64,000 nucleotides of DNA from Dictyostelium discoideum (lineage: Eukaryota): the NCBI GenBank assembly GCA_000004695.1, contig CM000154.2:1952001-2016000 (forward strand), read 5' to 3'. A program made the translations under genes and the position numbers. Positions 1 through 12,054 of this stretch are shown here, in pieces. The notes beneath the pieces are model-generated. The model did not search any database. It was not told the DNA's origin and worked only from the letters and a program-made list of their open reading frames with translations. Numbering within the stretch: position 1 is the first letter of the stretch; each line of letters begins with the position of its first letter.

Positions 1-1292
1 TTAAAACAATTTGAATGATTACAAGTTGGTCTACATTGTTTACAACATTGATCATCTGGCTGATAAAGTTCATAACCATTTGCACAAAATATTAATGGAC
101 AGAAAATATTTGAACAATCTTTTTTACATTTTCTTGGACAACATTCACCAATTTCAGTGAATGGTGAATATCCTGGTTGACAGAAAATTGGTGGACAATA
201 AACCAATTTACAATTTGGAACGCAAGTATTTGGACAACAATCAGTTTCATTTAAAAGTGGAACAAATCCATCTGGACAATTTAATGGTGGACAATGATAT
301 TGTGGATCACATTTACATGAACTTGGGCAACAATCACCTGGTGCTGTATATGGTAATTTACCAATTGGACAGAAATATGGAGGACATGGTCTATTTGGAT
401 TACATTGACATGAACTTGGGCAACAATCACCTGGTTTAGTATATGGTAATTTACCATCTGGACAAATGTATGGGAGACATGGTGTACTTGAATCACATTG
501 ACATGAACTTGGACAACAATCACCTGGTCTTGTATATGGTACTTGACCTATTGGACAGAAATATGGAGGACATGGTCTATTTGGATTACATTGACATGAA
601 CTTGGACAACAATCACCTGGTTTAGTATATGGAGTTTGACCTTCTGGACAGAAATATGGAGGACATGGTCTACTTGAATCACATTTACATGAACTTGGAC
701 AACAATCACCTGGTCCTGTATATGGTACTTGACCTATTGGACAGAAATATGGAGGACATGGTCTACTTGGATCACATTTACATGAACTTGGACAACATTC
801 ACCTGGTTTTGTATATGGTACTTGACCGTCTGGACAAAAATATGGAAGGCATGGTCTACTTGGATCACAAATACATCTACTGGGACAACAATCACCTGGT
901 GCTGTATATTCTTTATAACCTGGTGCACAACCTAATAAAGGACAAACATTATTTGGTCTACAAACACATTCTGGACAACATTTATCATCAGCTTTAAATG
1001 GAATTTTATCACCTTCACATCTAATGAATGGACAATCAGATGGTGCTGGACAAATTGTACATACTGGACAACATGAATTTGGTGGTCTAATTAAATCATA
1101 ACCTGGTTTACAAACTGGAATTAAACATCTTACATTATTACATTCCAAATCTTGTGCGGCCAAAACTGTTGAATTATCAGTAGATGTTGAATTTAATGGT
1201 GAGCTTTCTTCACCAAATACTTTTAATAAATTATTACTTGAAAATAATAACAAACATATTGAAAATATTATTAAACTATTTAGTTTTACCAT
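1..1292 (-). CDS. Secreted cysteine-rich tandem-repeat protein (5' part; the C-terminal end runs off the window start). It has a signal peptide followed by ~34-aa repeats of the type PGDCCPSSCKCDPSRPCLPYFCPIGQVPYT.
   Basis: Reverse-strand frame starts at ATG 1292 (MVKLNSLIIFSICLLLFSSNNLLKVFG..., a hydrophobic signal peptide). It stays open to position 1 through a ~102-bp tandem DNA repeat that encodes 6-Cys modules (CCP..C.C......C....C). No intron is needed. It is missing from the ORF track only because it runs off the window edge. Confidence 0.8.
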   Translation of the reverse strand, partial: MVKLNSLIIFSICLLLFSSNNLLKVFGEESSPLNSTSTDNSTVLAAQDLECNNVRCLIPVCKPGYDLIRPPNSCCPVCTICPAPSDCPFIRCEGDKIPFKADDKCCPECVCRPNNVCPLLGCAPGYKEYTAPGDCCPSRCICDPSRPCLPYFCPDGQVPYTKPGECCPSSCKCDPSRPCPPYFCPIGQVPYTGPGDCCPSSCKCDSSRPCPPYFCPEGQTPYTKPGDCCPSSCQCNPNRPCPPYFCPIGQVPYTRPGDCCPSSCQCDSSTPCLPYICPDGKLPYTKPGDCCPSSCQCNPNRPCPPYFCPIGKLPYTAPGDCCPSSCKCDPQYHCPPLNCPDGFVPLLNETDCCPNTCVPNCKLVYCPPIFCQPGYSPFTEIGECCPRKCKKDCSNIFCPLIFCANGYELYQPDDQCCKQCRPTCNHSNCF

Positions 1293-1363
1293 TTTTTATA
1301 TAAAAAAAAAACAATCACATATATTGTTTTTATTTTAAATTTTTTTTTTTAAATTTTTTTTAA

Positions 1364-1398
<35 letters not shown>

Positions 1399-2613
1399 AT
1401 ATATATATATAATAAAATAAGATAATTAATTAAATAAATAAGATTGATATTTAAATTTGAATTGATTTTAAAAAAAAATAAAATTGTATTTATACTTAAA
1501 AAATTTAAAAGTTAAAATATAAAACTTTGAAATTTTATTTTTACATTTCCAATTATAGTTTTATAAATAGTAATACCATAATTAACCCCCCTTTTAAATT
1601 TGTAAAAATTTTATTTTTTTTTTATTTTTTTTTTTTTTTTGGTGTGGTTTTTTTTTAGATAAGGGAATTTAAAAATAGTAAAAGAAAATTTAATTTTGAT
1701 TATAATTAAAATAGAAAAGAGGTAATGATTAAATATTTTTTTAAATTAATATAAACATTCAAATTTTACTTGGAAAAAAATAATATTAATAAAAAAAAAA
1801 TTAATATTTATTTGTTTTTTTTTTTTTTTTTTTCTATACGATTTAATTTTATTTATTTATAATATGAATTTAGTATGGTAAAAATATAATACTCAAAATT
1901 ACACAATTTGATTTAAAATAAAAAATGAATGTAACCATTATATATATATATATATAATTTTTTTTTTTTTTTTTTTTTTTATAATTATCAATCATTAAAA
2001 AAAAAAAAATTTTTATAGTCTCTAACTTGGATGTTATAGACATAGAGTAATGATTAAAAATTTTTTTAATTTTTTCTCTTTTTTTTTTTTTTTAGAAATT
2101 AGATATTAGTAAAAAAAAGGATCACACCTTTGTTTTTTTTTTTTTTTTTTTTTTTTATTTTTTTTTTTTATTTTTTTTTTAAAATATTAAGAATCAAATT
2201 ATCTTATGTTCATTACAAACCCCCTCAGTTTTTCATTATTTTTTGAACCAAAAAACATCTGTTTAGATTTAAGACCCAAATATAATTTAATATTTCCATA
2301 TTTCAACAAAAAAAAATAAAATAAAAAAAAAAAATAAAATTCTAAAAATGATAATATTAAAATCAAATCTATTTCTATAAAAATTCAAATTTGAAATAAA
2401 AAATAATAAAAAAGGAATTTTTTTTAAAAATCTATTATCAAAAAACAAAAAATTGTATATTTAAATATATGAAAAAATTTTTTTTTTTCTTTTTTTTTTT
2501 TTTCAACATATACATAAAAAAAAAAAAAAAAAAAAGATATATATCTCTAAAATTAATCAAATTATTTATTATTTTTTATATTTTAATTTTTAAAATTAAT
2601 TTATTTTTTTAAT

Positions 2614-3245
2614 ATGGCAACTATTATGGATTTTTTATTACGTCAAGGTTTAAATGTTCCAGTTGGATATTCATCAGTTGGTAGTCAATCAACATCGTCA
2701 TCATCAACTTCAATTCCAATGGATAGTTCATTAAGAAATGTTGATTATTTACCAGAAATTGATATCACTGAAACCAAAGATTCTTTAATTATTGAATGTG
2801 AATTGGCTGGTGTATTAAAAGAAGATATCTCTATTGAAGTAGCTGAATCTAAATTAATTATCAAAGGTGATAAAAAGAGATATGCCTATAGAAGACCAAA
2901 TCAATCTTGGTCATATGATGATAAAAACCAAATTTCACAATCCTCTAAAATCTCTGAACAATCAAGTGGAGCTGATCAATGGCAACATAGTAATGATCCA
3001 AATGTAGATTCTCAATCAAATCTAAATATGCCATCATCTAAACAAGATCCAAATGTTCAACAATCTCGAGTTGGAAATGTACCAGAATCAAAAGTAAATA
3101 GAAATGACACTACTGAACCTAATTTACCATCTCAACCTTTCCAATCTGATATGAATCCATCATCATCATCATCATCAATTGAAAAACAACAAATCCCAAA
3201 TGTTAGTCATCCATCATTTCAACAATGGTCTGGTCAACCACAACC

Positions 3246-3315
<70 letters not shown>

Positions 3316-4782
3316 CCATTTGAACAACAATCACAACAACAATCAAATTTAAATGATCCTATGCAAAGACAAGATTCAAAAGAAATTTCTCAACCATCTG
3401 AATTACAAAGATCAAATTTTGGCGAATCAAGTGTAAATCAACCATCCTCTTCTTCTTCTTCTTTACTTGGATCAGATAATAGTCAATCAAATGTTGATTT
3501 ACCATCCTCAAGATCTGTTGAACCACAAAGACCAAATGTTAGTGATTCAGATACTAACCAAGGATATTCACAATCTGTAGAACAAAGACTTGGTAATACT
3601 CAACAGCAATCATCACAATTACCACAACAACAACAACAACAACAAGATCAACCAAGATCAAATGTAAATGAACCTTCTTTTCAACAATGGTCTTCTCAAC
3701 AAGATCAACATAGATCAAATGTTAATGATCCTTCTTCTCAACAATGGTCTTCTCAACCATCTGAACAACAACAAAAATCAAATATTAGTGAATCAAATGT
3801 TAGTCAACCATCATCTACACAATTTGTTGAAAATATTCCAAGTAATTTAGAACAATTACCTCAACAAGAGCAACAAAGATCAAATGGAAATGAACCTTCT
3901 TCTCAACCATGGTCTTCTCAACCATCTGAACAACAAAGATCCAACATAAATGAACCTCCTTCTCAACAATGGTCATCTAAACAAGATCAACAAAGATCAA
4001 ATGTTAATGACCCTTCTTCTCAACAATGGTCATCTCGACCATCTGAACAACAACAACAACAACAAAAACCAAATATTGGCGAATTAAATGTTAATCAAGC
4101 ATCATCTGATGTATGTTCTGGTCCATCAGTATCAGAAACTAGAAAACAATTTGAAGAAAACTATCTTAATGAACAACAAAGACAACCACAACAACAAGAT
4201 TTAAGTTCATTACATAAAGATGAAAAGAAACCATCGTCATCATCAGTTTCTCAAACTGCTCAATTATTTGAACCAAATAAACGCGAAGAACAAAGAAAAG
4301 ATAAACCAGAAGAAAAGAAATTCGATTCTGATATAATTAAATCATCTGAACCAACAAATGTTGAATCAATTGAAAATAAAGATTGGATACAACAAAAACC
4401 ACAAGAACAACAACAAGAGCCAAGAGAAATTTCTTCAACAGAAACATCAAATCTTCAACAACCAATGGAAAGACAAATCAATACTGAAACTCCAAAAGAA
4501 CAACAAGTATCACCTCAACAACAACAACCTCAACAACAACAACAACCTCAACAACAACAACAACCTCAACAACAACAACCTCAACCTCAACAACAACAAC
4601 AAGAAAGAAAATATATCTCTGAAAGAACTTTTGGACATTTTAAGAGAACAATGGACCTTTCCAAGATGTTATATCGTTTAAATTTAAGAGAAGAAGTTCA
4701 AACTCATTTCGTTAATGGTCTTTTAATCATTATACTCAATAAGAAACCATTTGAACCATCAATTAAAATTCCAGTAAATTAA
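2614..4782 (+). CDS. Small heat-shock protein (α-crystallin/Hsp20 domain) whose domain is interrupted by a ~590-aa Q/N/S-rich low-complexity insertion.
   Basis: N-terminal: ...[43 protein letters not shown], matching α-crystallin β-strands. C-terminal: [13 protein letters not shown]...[14 protein letters not shown], matching the ERxxGxFxRxxxLP...NGvLxI motif. Between them lie polyQ runs and ~35-aa imperfect repeats ([19 protein letters not shown]). It is a single 722-codon ORF. Confidence 0.75.
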
Positions 4783-4942
4783 AAATTAAAAAAAAAAAAA
4801 AATTATATATATATTAATAATAGATCAAACCAAAAATAGAATGTATAAAAATAGATTTTTTAAATAAATAAATAGATAAAAAAAAAAAAATATATATTAA
4901 TTGTTTTTATTATTATTATGTGTTGTTTTTTTTTTTTTTTTT

Positions 4943-6443
4943 CTATTCAGATTTCTTCTTTTTTAAAGATAGTTTTTCATTTTTATAAAGTTTATCTTGT
5001 TGATCAATCCATTGATCAATATCAACCCATTTACGTAATAACCAGTCAATTCTTTCTTGTTTAGTCTTTGGAATATCTTTATATTTAATTTGTTCAAATT
5101 TAATTTTTACAACTCTATTACATAACTCACCATTCATCATTTGTCCAAAATCTGATGATGCTTCCATACCAAAATGAGAACAGAATAACTGAAAAAAAAA
5201 AAGATATTAGTAAATTTAAAAAAAAGAAAAAAAAAAAAAAAAATATATTAATAAAATTATAAATAATATTTACAATATCACCACATGGATTTGCTTCTAA
5301 AAGTGATAAAACACCACCAACTCTTGGTAATAATGTATGTTTAAGATTTGATGCTAATTCATAATTTTTAGTATCATTCTTTTTCTTAAAACTTTCTAAA
5401 ACTTTTTCTCTCTTTGATTTTGAAAATCTTGTACCTAATAAAAAAAAAATTATTATAATAATATTATATTATTAAAATTAAAAATCCAATTATATATTTT
5501 AAATAAATAATTTTTTTTTTTTTTTAAAAAAATTACCTTCTGGCCAAATACAAGTTACATCTGGTTCAGTTGGTTTAAAATCTGATACCATTGATTTAAT
5601 AGCTTCAATTTCAACCTCCATTCCATCTGTACCTGCATCTCTAAATAAGAAAAAGTTTGGTGTTCTTGAACCAGAAACATCAAGTGCTGGATCCCATAAT
5701 AATTCTTTCTTTACAATATATCTCATATGATAAAATAATGAAAAAATACCTCTTTTTTTAATATATTATTATTATTATTATTAAAAAAAAATTAAATTAG
5801 TAAAATAAAAAATAAATTTTTTTTTTTTTTTTTTAAAAAAAAAAACATACTGTGGTACTAAAGTATCAGCAAATGAGGCATGTCTCGAAAAGATAATTTT
5901 TGGACCAATACCTAAAGAATCAGCTAATCTCTTTTTGAAACCTTTATCATAGTAATGAGCAATGAAAGATGAATTGACATCACCAGCAACTTCAATTTGA
6001 ACATCAATACCCAAGAGATAACAACTCCAACCAAATAACATTTCACCACCCCACCAAGATTGATACCAATAGTTCCAACGGAAGAAACGTGCTTTACCAG
6101 GATCACTTACAACTAGTAATGATAATAAATGAATAAAGTAGATTAAAAATGTTGAAATCAATGCAATTAATTCTATGAATAAATAGGATTCAAAGAATGT
6201 TAAAATTCTAACATAATTTAATCCTCTACGACGTTTGTAATGATATAAATCCAATGCTAATGCTACAATTGCTAACACTGGGAATAATAATGTGAGTACT
6301 ACCAACACTATCAAAATTAATGAAATTGAAATACTTCTTCTATTCCATTTCTCTAACCATAAACGAAATCCACTATTAAATTCACTTGAGTATCTACCAT
6401 AATCATGTAAATATCTTTTCTTTGGTATTCTTTGTTTTGGTGG

Positions 6444-6492
<49 letters not shown>

Positions 6493-6527
6493 GATGTTGT
6501 TGAAGTTGAAGTTGTTAATGGTTCCAT
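4943..6527 (-). CDS. Glycerolipid acyltransferase of the GPAT3/4 / AGPAT (PlsC) family, 432 aa. Exons: complement join(5851..6527, 5537..5751, 5274..5434, 4943..5188).
   Basis: H(X)4D acyltransferase motif (FSRHASFADTL). FPEGTR-type motif IWPEG|TRFS spans intron 2. N-terminal TM helices are present. Introns run GTATGT/GTAATT/GTAAAT...AG, are 85-102 nt long, and keep phase. The track ORF start at 6596 is GTG, so I chose the first in-frame ATG at 6527 (MEPLTTS...). Total exon length is 1299 nt, which is 433 codons. Confidence 0.75.
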
Positions 6528-7110
6528 TATTTTATTAATATTATTATTTGTATTAATATTATTACTACCACTACTATTATAACTAATAATATTCACAGTA
6601 TAATTTAATAATAAACACTTTTAATTAATATGATAAAAAAAAAATTAAAAAATTAAAAAATAAAAAAATAAAAAAAAAAGAGAAAAAATATAAAAAAAAA
6701 AAATAAAAAAAAAGCAAAAAAAAAAAAAAAAAAAAAAATTTTAAAAAATGAGCACATGTTACACCAAAAAAAGATTCTTTTTTTATATTTTTTAAAAAAT
6801 ATCTTTTTTTTTATTTTGACCAATATTTTTTTTAAAAAGGTATTTTGTCACACAAAAAATAAAATATGATTTTTTTTTTTAAAATTTTTTTTTTTTTTTT
6901 TTTTCAAGAAAATATTCTGCAAAGATAAACATTAGATTAAAAAAAAAAAAACATTAGATTTAAAAACTTTTTGATTAAAAAAAAAAAGTTGTAAAAGAAA
7001 TAATTAATTCTTTAATTGATTATTTTTTTTTTAACACCAAAAACAATATCTAATTTTTTTTTTTTTTTTATTTTATTTTATTTTTATTTTATTTTATTTT
7101 TTTTTTTTTT

Positions 7111-7596
7111 TTAAATAATTAATTCCATCATTGTATCACAACGACTATAGACTGAGCTATGAAGAGGAATTAATTTAAAACCTAATTTTTCATATAATTT
7201 AATTGCTGGTGTTAAAATTGAATTTGTTTCCAAAAATAATTTTTTGGCATTTAATTCTTGTTTTGCTTTATTGATTAATGATTGTCCTAATAAGAAACCA
7301 ATTTGTTTTCCTTTTGCTTTTGGTGTTACAGACATTTTAGCAAGCTCATAACAAAACTTTTCAGGCTCTTCTGATTTTAAAAGTGCACATGTTCCAACGA
7401 CCTCTCCATTTAAAATTGCAAATATAATATGACCACCTTTATTTAAAATGTTTTCTTCAGGATTTTCCAATACTTTAATATCCTCCTCTTCCATTTTAAA
7501 ATATTGTGATATCCATTCAACACTTAAATTTTTAAAATTTTCTTTATACTTTGATTCATATGGTACAATTTTAATTTCATCATTTGTTTCAATCAT
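7111..7596 (-). CDS. GNAT-family N-acetyltransferase, 161 aa.
   Basis: Acetyl-CoA binding motif: ...VGTCALL...KQIGFLLGQSLINKAKQ (Q/RxxGxG/A). The track ORF start at 7644 is TTG, and the intervening lysines are an A-tract, so I used the real ATG at 7596 (MIETNDE). Confidence 0.7.
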   Translation of the reverse strand: MIETNDEIKIVPYESKYKENFKNLSVEWISQYFKMEEEDIKVLENPEENILNKGGHIIFAILNGEVVGTCALLKSEEPEKFCYELAKMSVTPKAKGKQIGFLLGQSLINKAKQELNAKKLFLETNSILTPAIKLYEKLGFKLIPLHSSVYSRCDTMMELII

Positions 7597-7852
7597 TTTT
7601 TTTTTTTTTTTTTGATATTTGATTTTTGATTTTTTTTTAAACAATTTTCAAACCAAAAAAAAAAAAAAAAAAACAAAACAATGACAAAAAAAACAAAACA
7701 AAAAAATGAAAAAAAAAAAAATAAAAATAAAAAAAAAAAAAATTTAGGATGACGTTAAACTTACTTTTACATTTGATTTAAATTCTTTTGACAATTCCAT
7801 TTAATTATATTTAATTAATTATTATCAACTTTTTAATAAATAATTGATTATC

Positions 7853-7898
<46 letters not shown>

Positions 7899-8646
7899 TT
7901 TTTTTTTAAACAATTATAATACCCCCAAAAAAAAAAAAAATTAAATTAATTAAAAATAATTAAAAAAATTTGGTCCAAAAAAAAAAGAAAAAAAAAAAAC
8001 AATTAACTTTCCAAAGTTCGCAATTAAGAATTCAAATAAAAAAAATTAAAAATTTTAAAAAAATAAAAAAAAAAAAAAAAATATTTATCAATAAATTCCT
8101 AATTTCTTAAATTTTTTTTTTTTTTTATTTTAGTGATTTTCTTTGATTGACCTTTTTATCACATGTGCTCAATTCCATTTAATAGCCACACACATAAATA
8201 AATATCTTAAAAAAAAAAAAAAAAAAACGGCTTTTTTTTTTTTTAAATTATTTTTTTTTTTTTAAATTATTTTTTTATTTTTTTTTGAATTTTTTGATTT
8301 TTCTTTTTTTTTTTTTTTTACATAACATTATACGTCAACTTTTTTTTTTTTTTTAAACAATAAAAATTTTGATTATTTCTTTTTTACTTTTTTTTTTTTT
8401 TCTTTTTTTATATACCCATTTTCTCTTCATTGTTTTATATATTTTCTTTTTTTTTTTTTTTTTTTTTATACAAAGGATCCTACATAATTCATAAAAAGAA
8501 GAAGAAAAAAAAAAAAAAAGTATGTATCCAAAATACAGATATTTATTGATTTTTTTACTTTTTTTAAAAATGACGTAGTGAAACCAAAAAAAATATTATT
8601 TATATAATGAAAAAAATAAAAAAGTGGAAAAATAAAAAAATAAAAA

Positions 8647-8838
8647 AAATATCTCTCACTTTCACAAAAAAAAAAAAATAAAATAAATATCTCTCACTTT
8701 CACAAAAAAAAAAATAAAAAAAATAAAAATAAAAATAATATCAAAAAATTAAAATAATATCAAAAAAATATACAATTAAATGAATAAAATAAAAATAATA
8801 TCAAAAACATATAATTAAATGAATAAAATAAAAAAAAG
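8647..8838. repeat. Two adjacent local tandem duplications in the intergenic A-desert.
   Basis: ATATCTCTCACTTTCACAAAAAAAAAAA occurs twice (from ~8650 and ~8688). AATAATATCAAAAA..ATTAAATGAATAAAATAAAAA occurs twice (8739-8838). Confidence 0.6.
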
Positions 8839-8862
8839 ATCAAACAACAATGAACCAACACA

Positions 8863-8898
<36 letters not shown>

Positions 8899-9584
8899 AA
8901 AAAAAAATAAATAAATAAAATAATTATAAAATAAAAATTCTTACTTTTAAAAGGTTTTGTTTTGTTTTGTTTTTTTTTTTTTTTTTTTAATTGTTAAATA
9001 ATAACCTTCTCAAAAAGTTTATAAATCTATAAATAGTGTCATTGTTTTTTATGCTCTTTATCAAACCAAAGTAATAAAAAAAAAAAAAAAAAAAAAAACT
9101 GGAAAAAAAAAAAAAAAAAAAAAAGATATTATTATTTATAATAATAGTAATAATATCAAAATTTTTGTGATATTAAAAATGGGGCTAAAATTGGAACGCA
9201 CAAAAAAGGGAATGTGTGTGATGGTGTGGGTTTTGGGAAACCTTTTTTTTTTTTTTTTTTTTTTTTTTATTTTTTTTATTTTTTTTTTCCAATTTTTTTT
9301 TTATGGGCCTCCACCTTTTTTTTTTTTTTATTTTTTGGGAAAATTTTTTTTTTCAAAATTTTTTTTATTTTTTTTTTTAAAATTTTCCTAATAATAGAAT
9401 TGTGATATCATTTTTTTCACTTCAAATAATTATATGTATGTTGGTAAAACAATTTCATTTTTTTTTTTTTTTTATATAAATTTTTATTTTTTTATTTTTT
9501 ATTTGTTTAAAATTTTATAATTATTTATTTTTTTTTAATATCTTTTATTAATTATCTAAAAAAAAAAAAAAAATCTTTTTTGAT

Positions 9585-9621
<37 letters not shown>

Positions 9622-9652
9622 CTTTTAATCAAAAAAAAAAAAAAAAACAAAA

Positions 9653-9684
<32 letters not shown>

Positions 9685-10029
9685 CTTTTTTTTTTTTATT
9701 TTTTTCAAATTATTTTTATTTTTAAAATAAAAAATTAAAAAAAAAAAAAAAAAAATTGTTACTGATATTTGTTTTTTTTCCCTTTCCATAACGACAGTTA
9801 CCCAACCTACTCGTCAATATTGATATAACAATTATAAGAATAAATAATAATAAAATATTAAAAGAATAAATAATAATAATAATAAAAATAATAATAAAAA
9901 AAACAAGTGTACAATAGAAATAATTTACAAAAAAAAAAAAAAAAATAAAAAATAAAAATATCAAACACTTTTTTTTTTTTTTTTTTTTTTTTCTAAAAGC
10001 CAACACTCCACACAACTTTAAAAATCTTA

Positions 10030-10062
<33 letters not shown>

Positions 10063-10157
10063 TAATAATAGTGTATTAATATTAATAAAAAAAATAAACA
10101 CAAAAATAAATTAGAGAGGAGAAAGAAAATAAAAAAAAAAAAAAAAAAATAAAAAAG

Positions 10158-10452
10158 ATGAATAACCAATTAGTTCCACAAAATGCAGCAGCCGCAGCCG
10201 CAGCCGCAGCCGCAGCAGCAGCAGCAGCAGCAGCAAATAGTTTAAAATCAAGAAAACCATATACAATCTCAAAACAAAGAGAAAATTGGACAGATGAAGA
10301 ACATCAAAAGTTTTTAGAAGCTTTGACATTATTTGACAGAGATTGGAAAAAGATTGAATCTTTTGTTGGTAGTAAAACAGTTATACAGGTATGTTTTTTA
10401 TATTATTTTAGTAATTTTAAAATTATATAGATTTACAGAAATAGAGAGAGAG

Positions 10453-10485
<33 letters not shown>

Positions 10486-11203
10486 ATTTAAAAATTAATA
10501 AATATATATATTTTAAATATTTAATAGATTAGAAGTCATGCACAAAAATATTTTATAAAAGTTCAAAAAAACAATACAGGTGAAAGAATACCACCACCAA
10601 GACCAAAAAGAAAATCAATTCAACCATATCCACAAAAACAAAAACATGATGGAATGGGAGCATTTATACCAGATTCATTATCGGGTAATCACTTTATAAG
10701 TAGTTCATCATTTGCAACATGGATGACCTATAGAGGATTAATGCCAAATATATCGGAATCACAAATTAATCCAAGTGATCTTCAAAAACAATTGGAACAA
10801 TTACAACAGGCCCAACAATATATTCAACAAGCCGTTACAACTGCACAGAGTTCACAAAGAAATGGTGGGTTACCACCAAATCCTTCAAGTAATAATGGTG
10901 GTACCACTCTAACACCAAACTTTCCAAAAATCTATGCATTCCTTTCAAATCTATTCGAATCAAATGGTACCTCTTTCACTGAGGCTTTATCAGATCTATC
11001 AATGATTGATCGTGAAACAATGCAAATTCTAATGCATAATTTAGCAATCAATCTTGCAAATCAACAATATAGAGATAATCATCAAACACTTTCTGAACAA
11101 TATAGAATGAAAAGAGATGAGGATGAAGATTTAAATGCCATTATGATTTCACCAAGAAATTCAACTGGAAATATAAATGTCTCTGGTGATTTTTATGATA
11201 ATA

Positions 11204-11246
<43 letters not shown>

Positions 11247-11280
11247 TAATAATAATAATAATAATAACAACAATAATAAC

Positions 11281-11359
<79 letters not shown>

Positions 11360-11568
11360 GTGGTGATTTTGGTGATCAAAACCATTCAAATATGGTTAAT
11401 TTAGGAAACTATTATAATAATCATCCAAATCAAAATACTATTAATGCTTTATATTCTTTAAATCAACCTTCAACACTTTCAAATAATCCTTTAAATATGG
11501 TGGGAAATTTAAATCCTCAAAAACAACCACCTTTTAATTTAAATCTAAATATGCAATCTGGTTTTTAA
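10158..11568 (+). CDS. SHAQKYF-class (CCA1/RVE-like) single-Myb DNA-binding protein with a ~60-residue poly-Asn tract, 423 aa. Exons: join(10158..10388, 10528..11568).
   Basis: Myb/SANT: [34 protein letters not shown] | [12 protein letters not shown]. The diagnostic SHAQKYF motif spans a 139-nt GTATGT...AATAG intron. PolyA, polyN and polyQ low-complexity regions are present. Total length is 1272 nt, which is 424 codons. Confidence 0.85.
11190..11360 (+). repeat. Coding (AAT)n trinucleotide repeat encoding ~57 consecutive Asn in the Myb protein.
   Basis: aataataat... with occasional aac. It stays in frame within exon 2 of the Myb gene. Confidence 0.9.
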
Positions 11569-12054
11569 AAAAAAAAAAAAAACAGAACCAAAAAAAAAAA
11601 AAAAAGAAAAAAAAGAAAAAAAAAAAAAAAAAAAAAAAATAGAATATGTATTTATTTTTTTAAACTCTTTCGTAAAAAGTAAAAAAAAAAAAAAGTAATC
11701 AAGAAAATTTCGAAATTTAAACAAAACAAAAAAAGTATTTTTTTTAAAGTGAATGTAAAATAAATAAAATAATTTAAAAAAAAAAAAAAAAAAAAAAAAC
11801 CCCCAATTTTAAATTTTTTTTTGATCTTTTTTTTTTTTGTGCGAATCAAAGAAAAGTCTTTTTTTGTGCAAATCAAAAAAAAAAAAATTAATAATTTTAT
11901 TTTTTTTTTTTTTAATTTTTTTTTTTTTTTTTTTCCATCAAAAACAGATTGAAAAAAAAAAATTTTAAAAAAACAAAAAAAAAAAAATTTTCAACTATTT
12001 TAATTTGTTTTTTTTTTTTATTAATCTAAACACATTTTAAAAAAAAAAGATAAA

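Noticed and set aside
281-997. Plus- and minus-strand ORFs overlapping the Cys-repeat gene (161..439, 281..523, 443..625, 629..997, 734..928).
   Set aside because: These are alternate frames of the 102-bp tandem repeat. Only the reverse-strand Cys frame has a signal peptide, a start codon and a consistent repeat protein.
3668-4681. Internal alternate-frame ORFs inside the Hsp20 gene (3668..3850, 4358..4681).
   Set aside because: Reading CAA/AAT repeats in another frame gives poly-N/L strings nested inside a longer, motif-supported ORF.
6596-6596. Track ORF starts at 6596, 7644, 29707, 32416, 34128, 40096, 50929, 56499 and 61602, which are shown as M.
   Set aside because: The underlying codons are GTG or TTG. 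The track evidently allows alternative starts, and eukaryotic nuclear genes are not expected to use them. The true starts were re-derived from ATGs and splice sites, or left unresolved.
9167-10015. Track ORFs 9167..9391, 9214..9405 and 9722..10015 (poly-F / poly-K 'proteins').
   Set aside because: They are translations of T/A homopolymer tracts in intergenic DNA and have no coding features.
11141-11404. Three poly-Y/poly-I ORFs across the (AAT)n tract (11141..11389, 11161..11385, 11177..11404).
   Set aside because: They are frame artefacts of the trinucleotide repeat inside the Myb gene exon 2.
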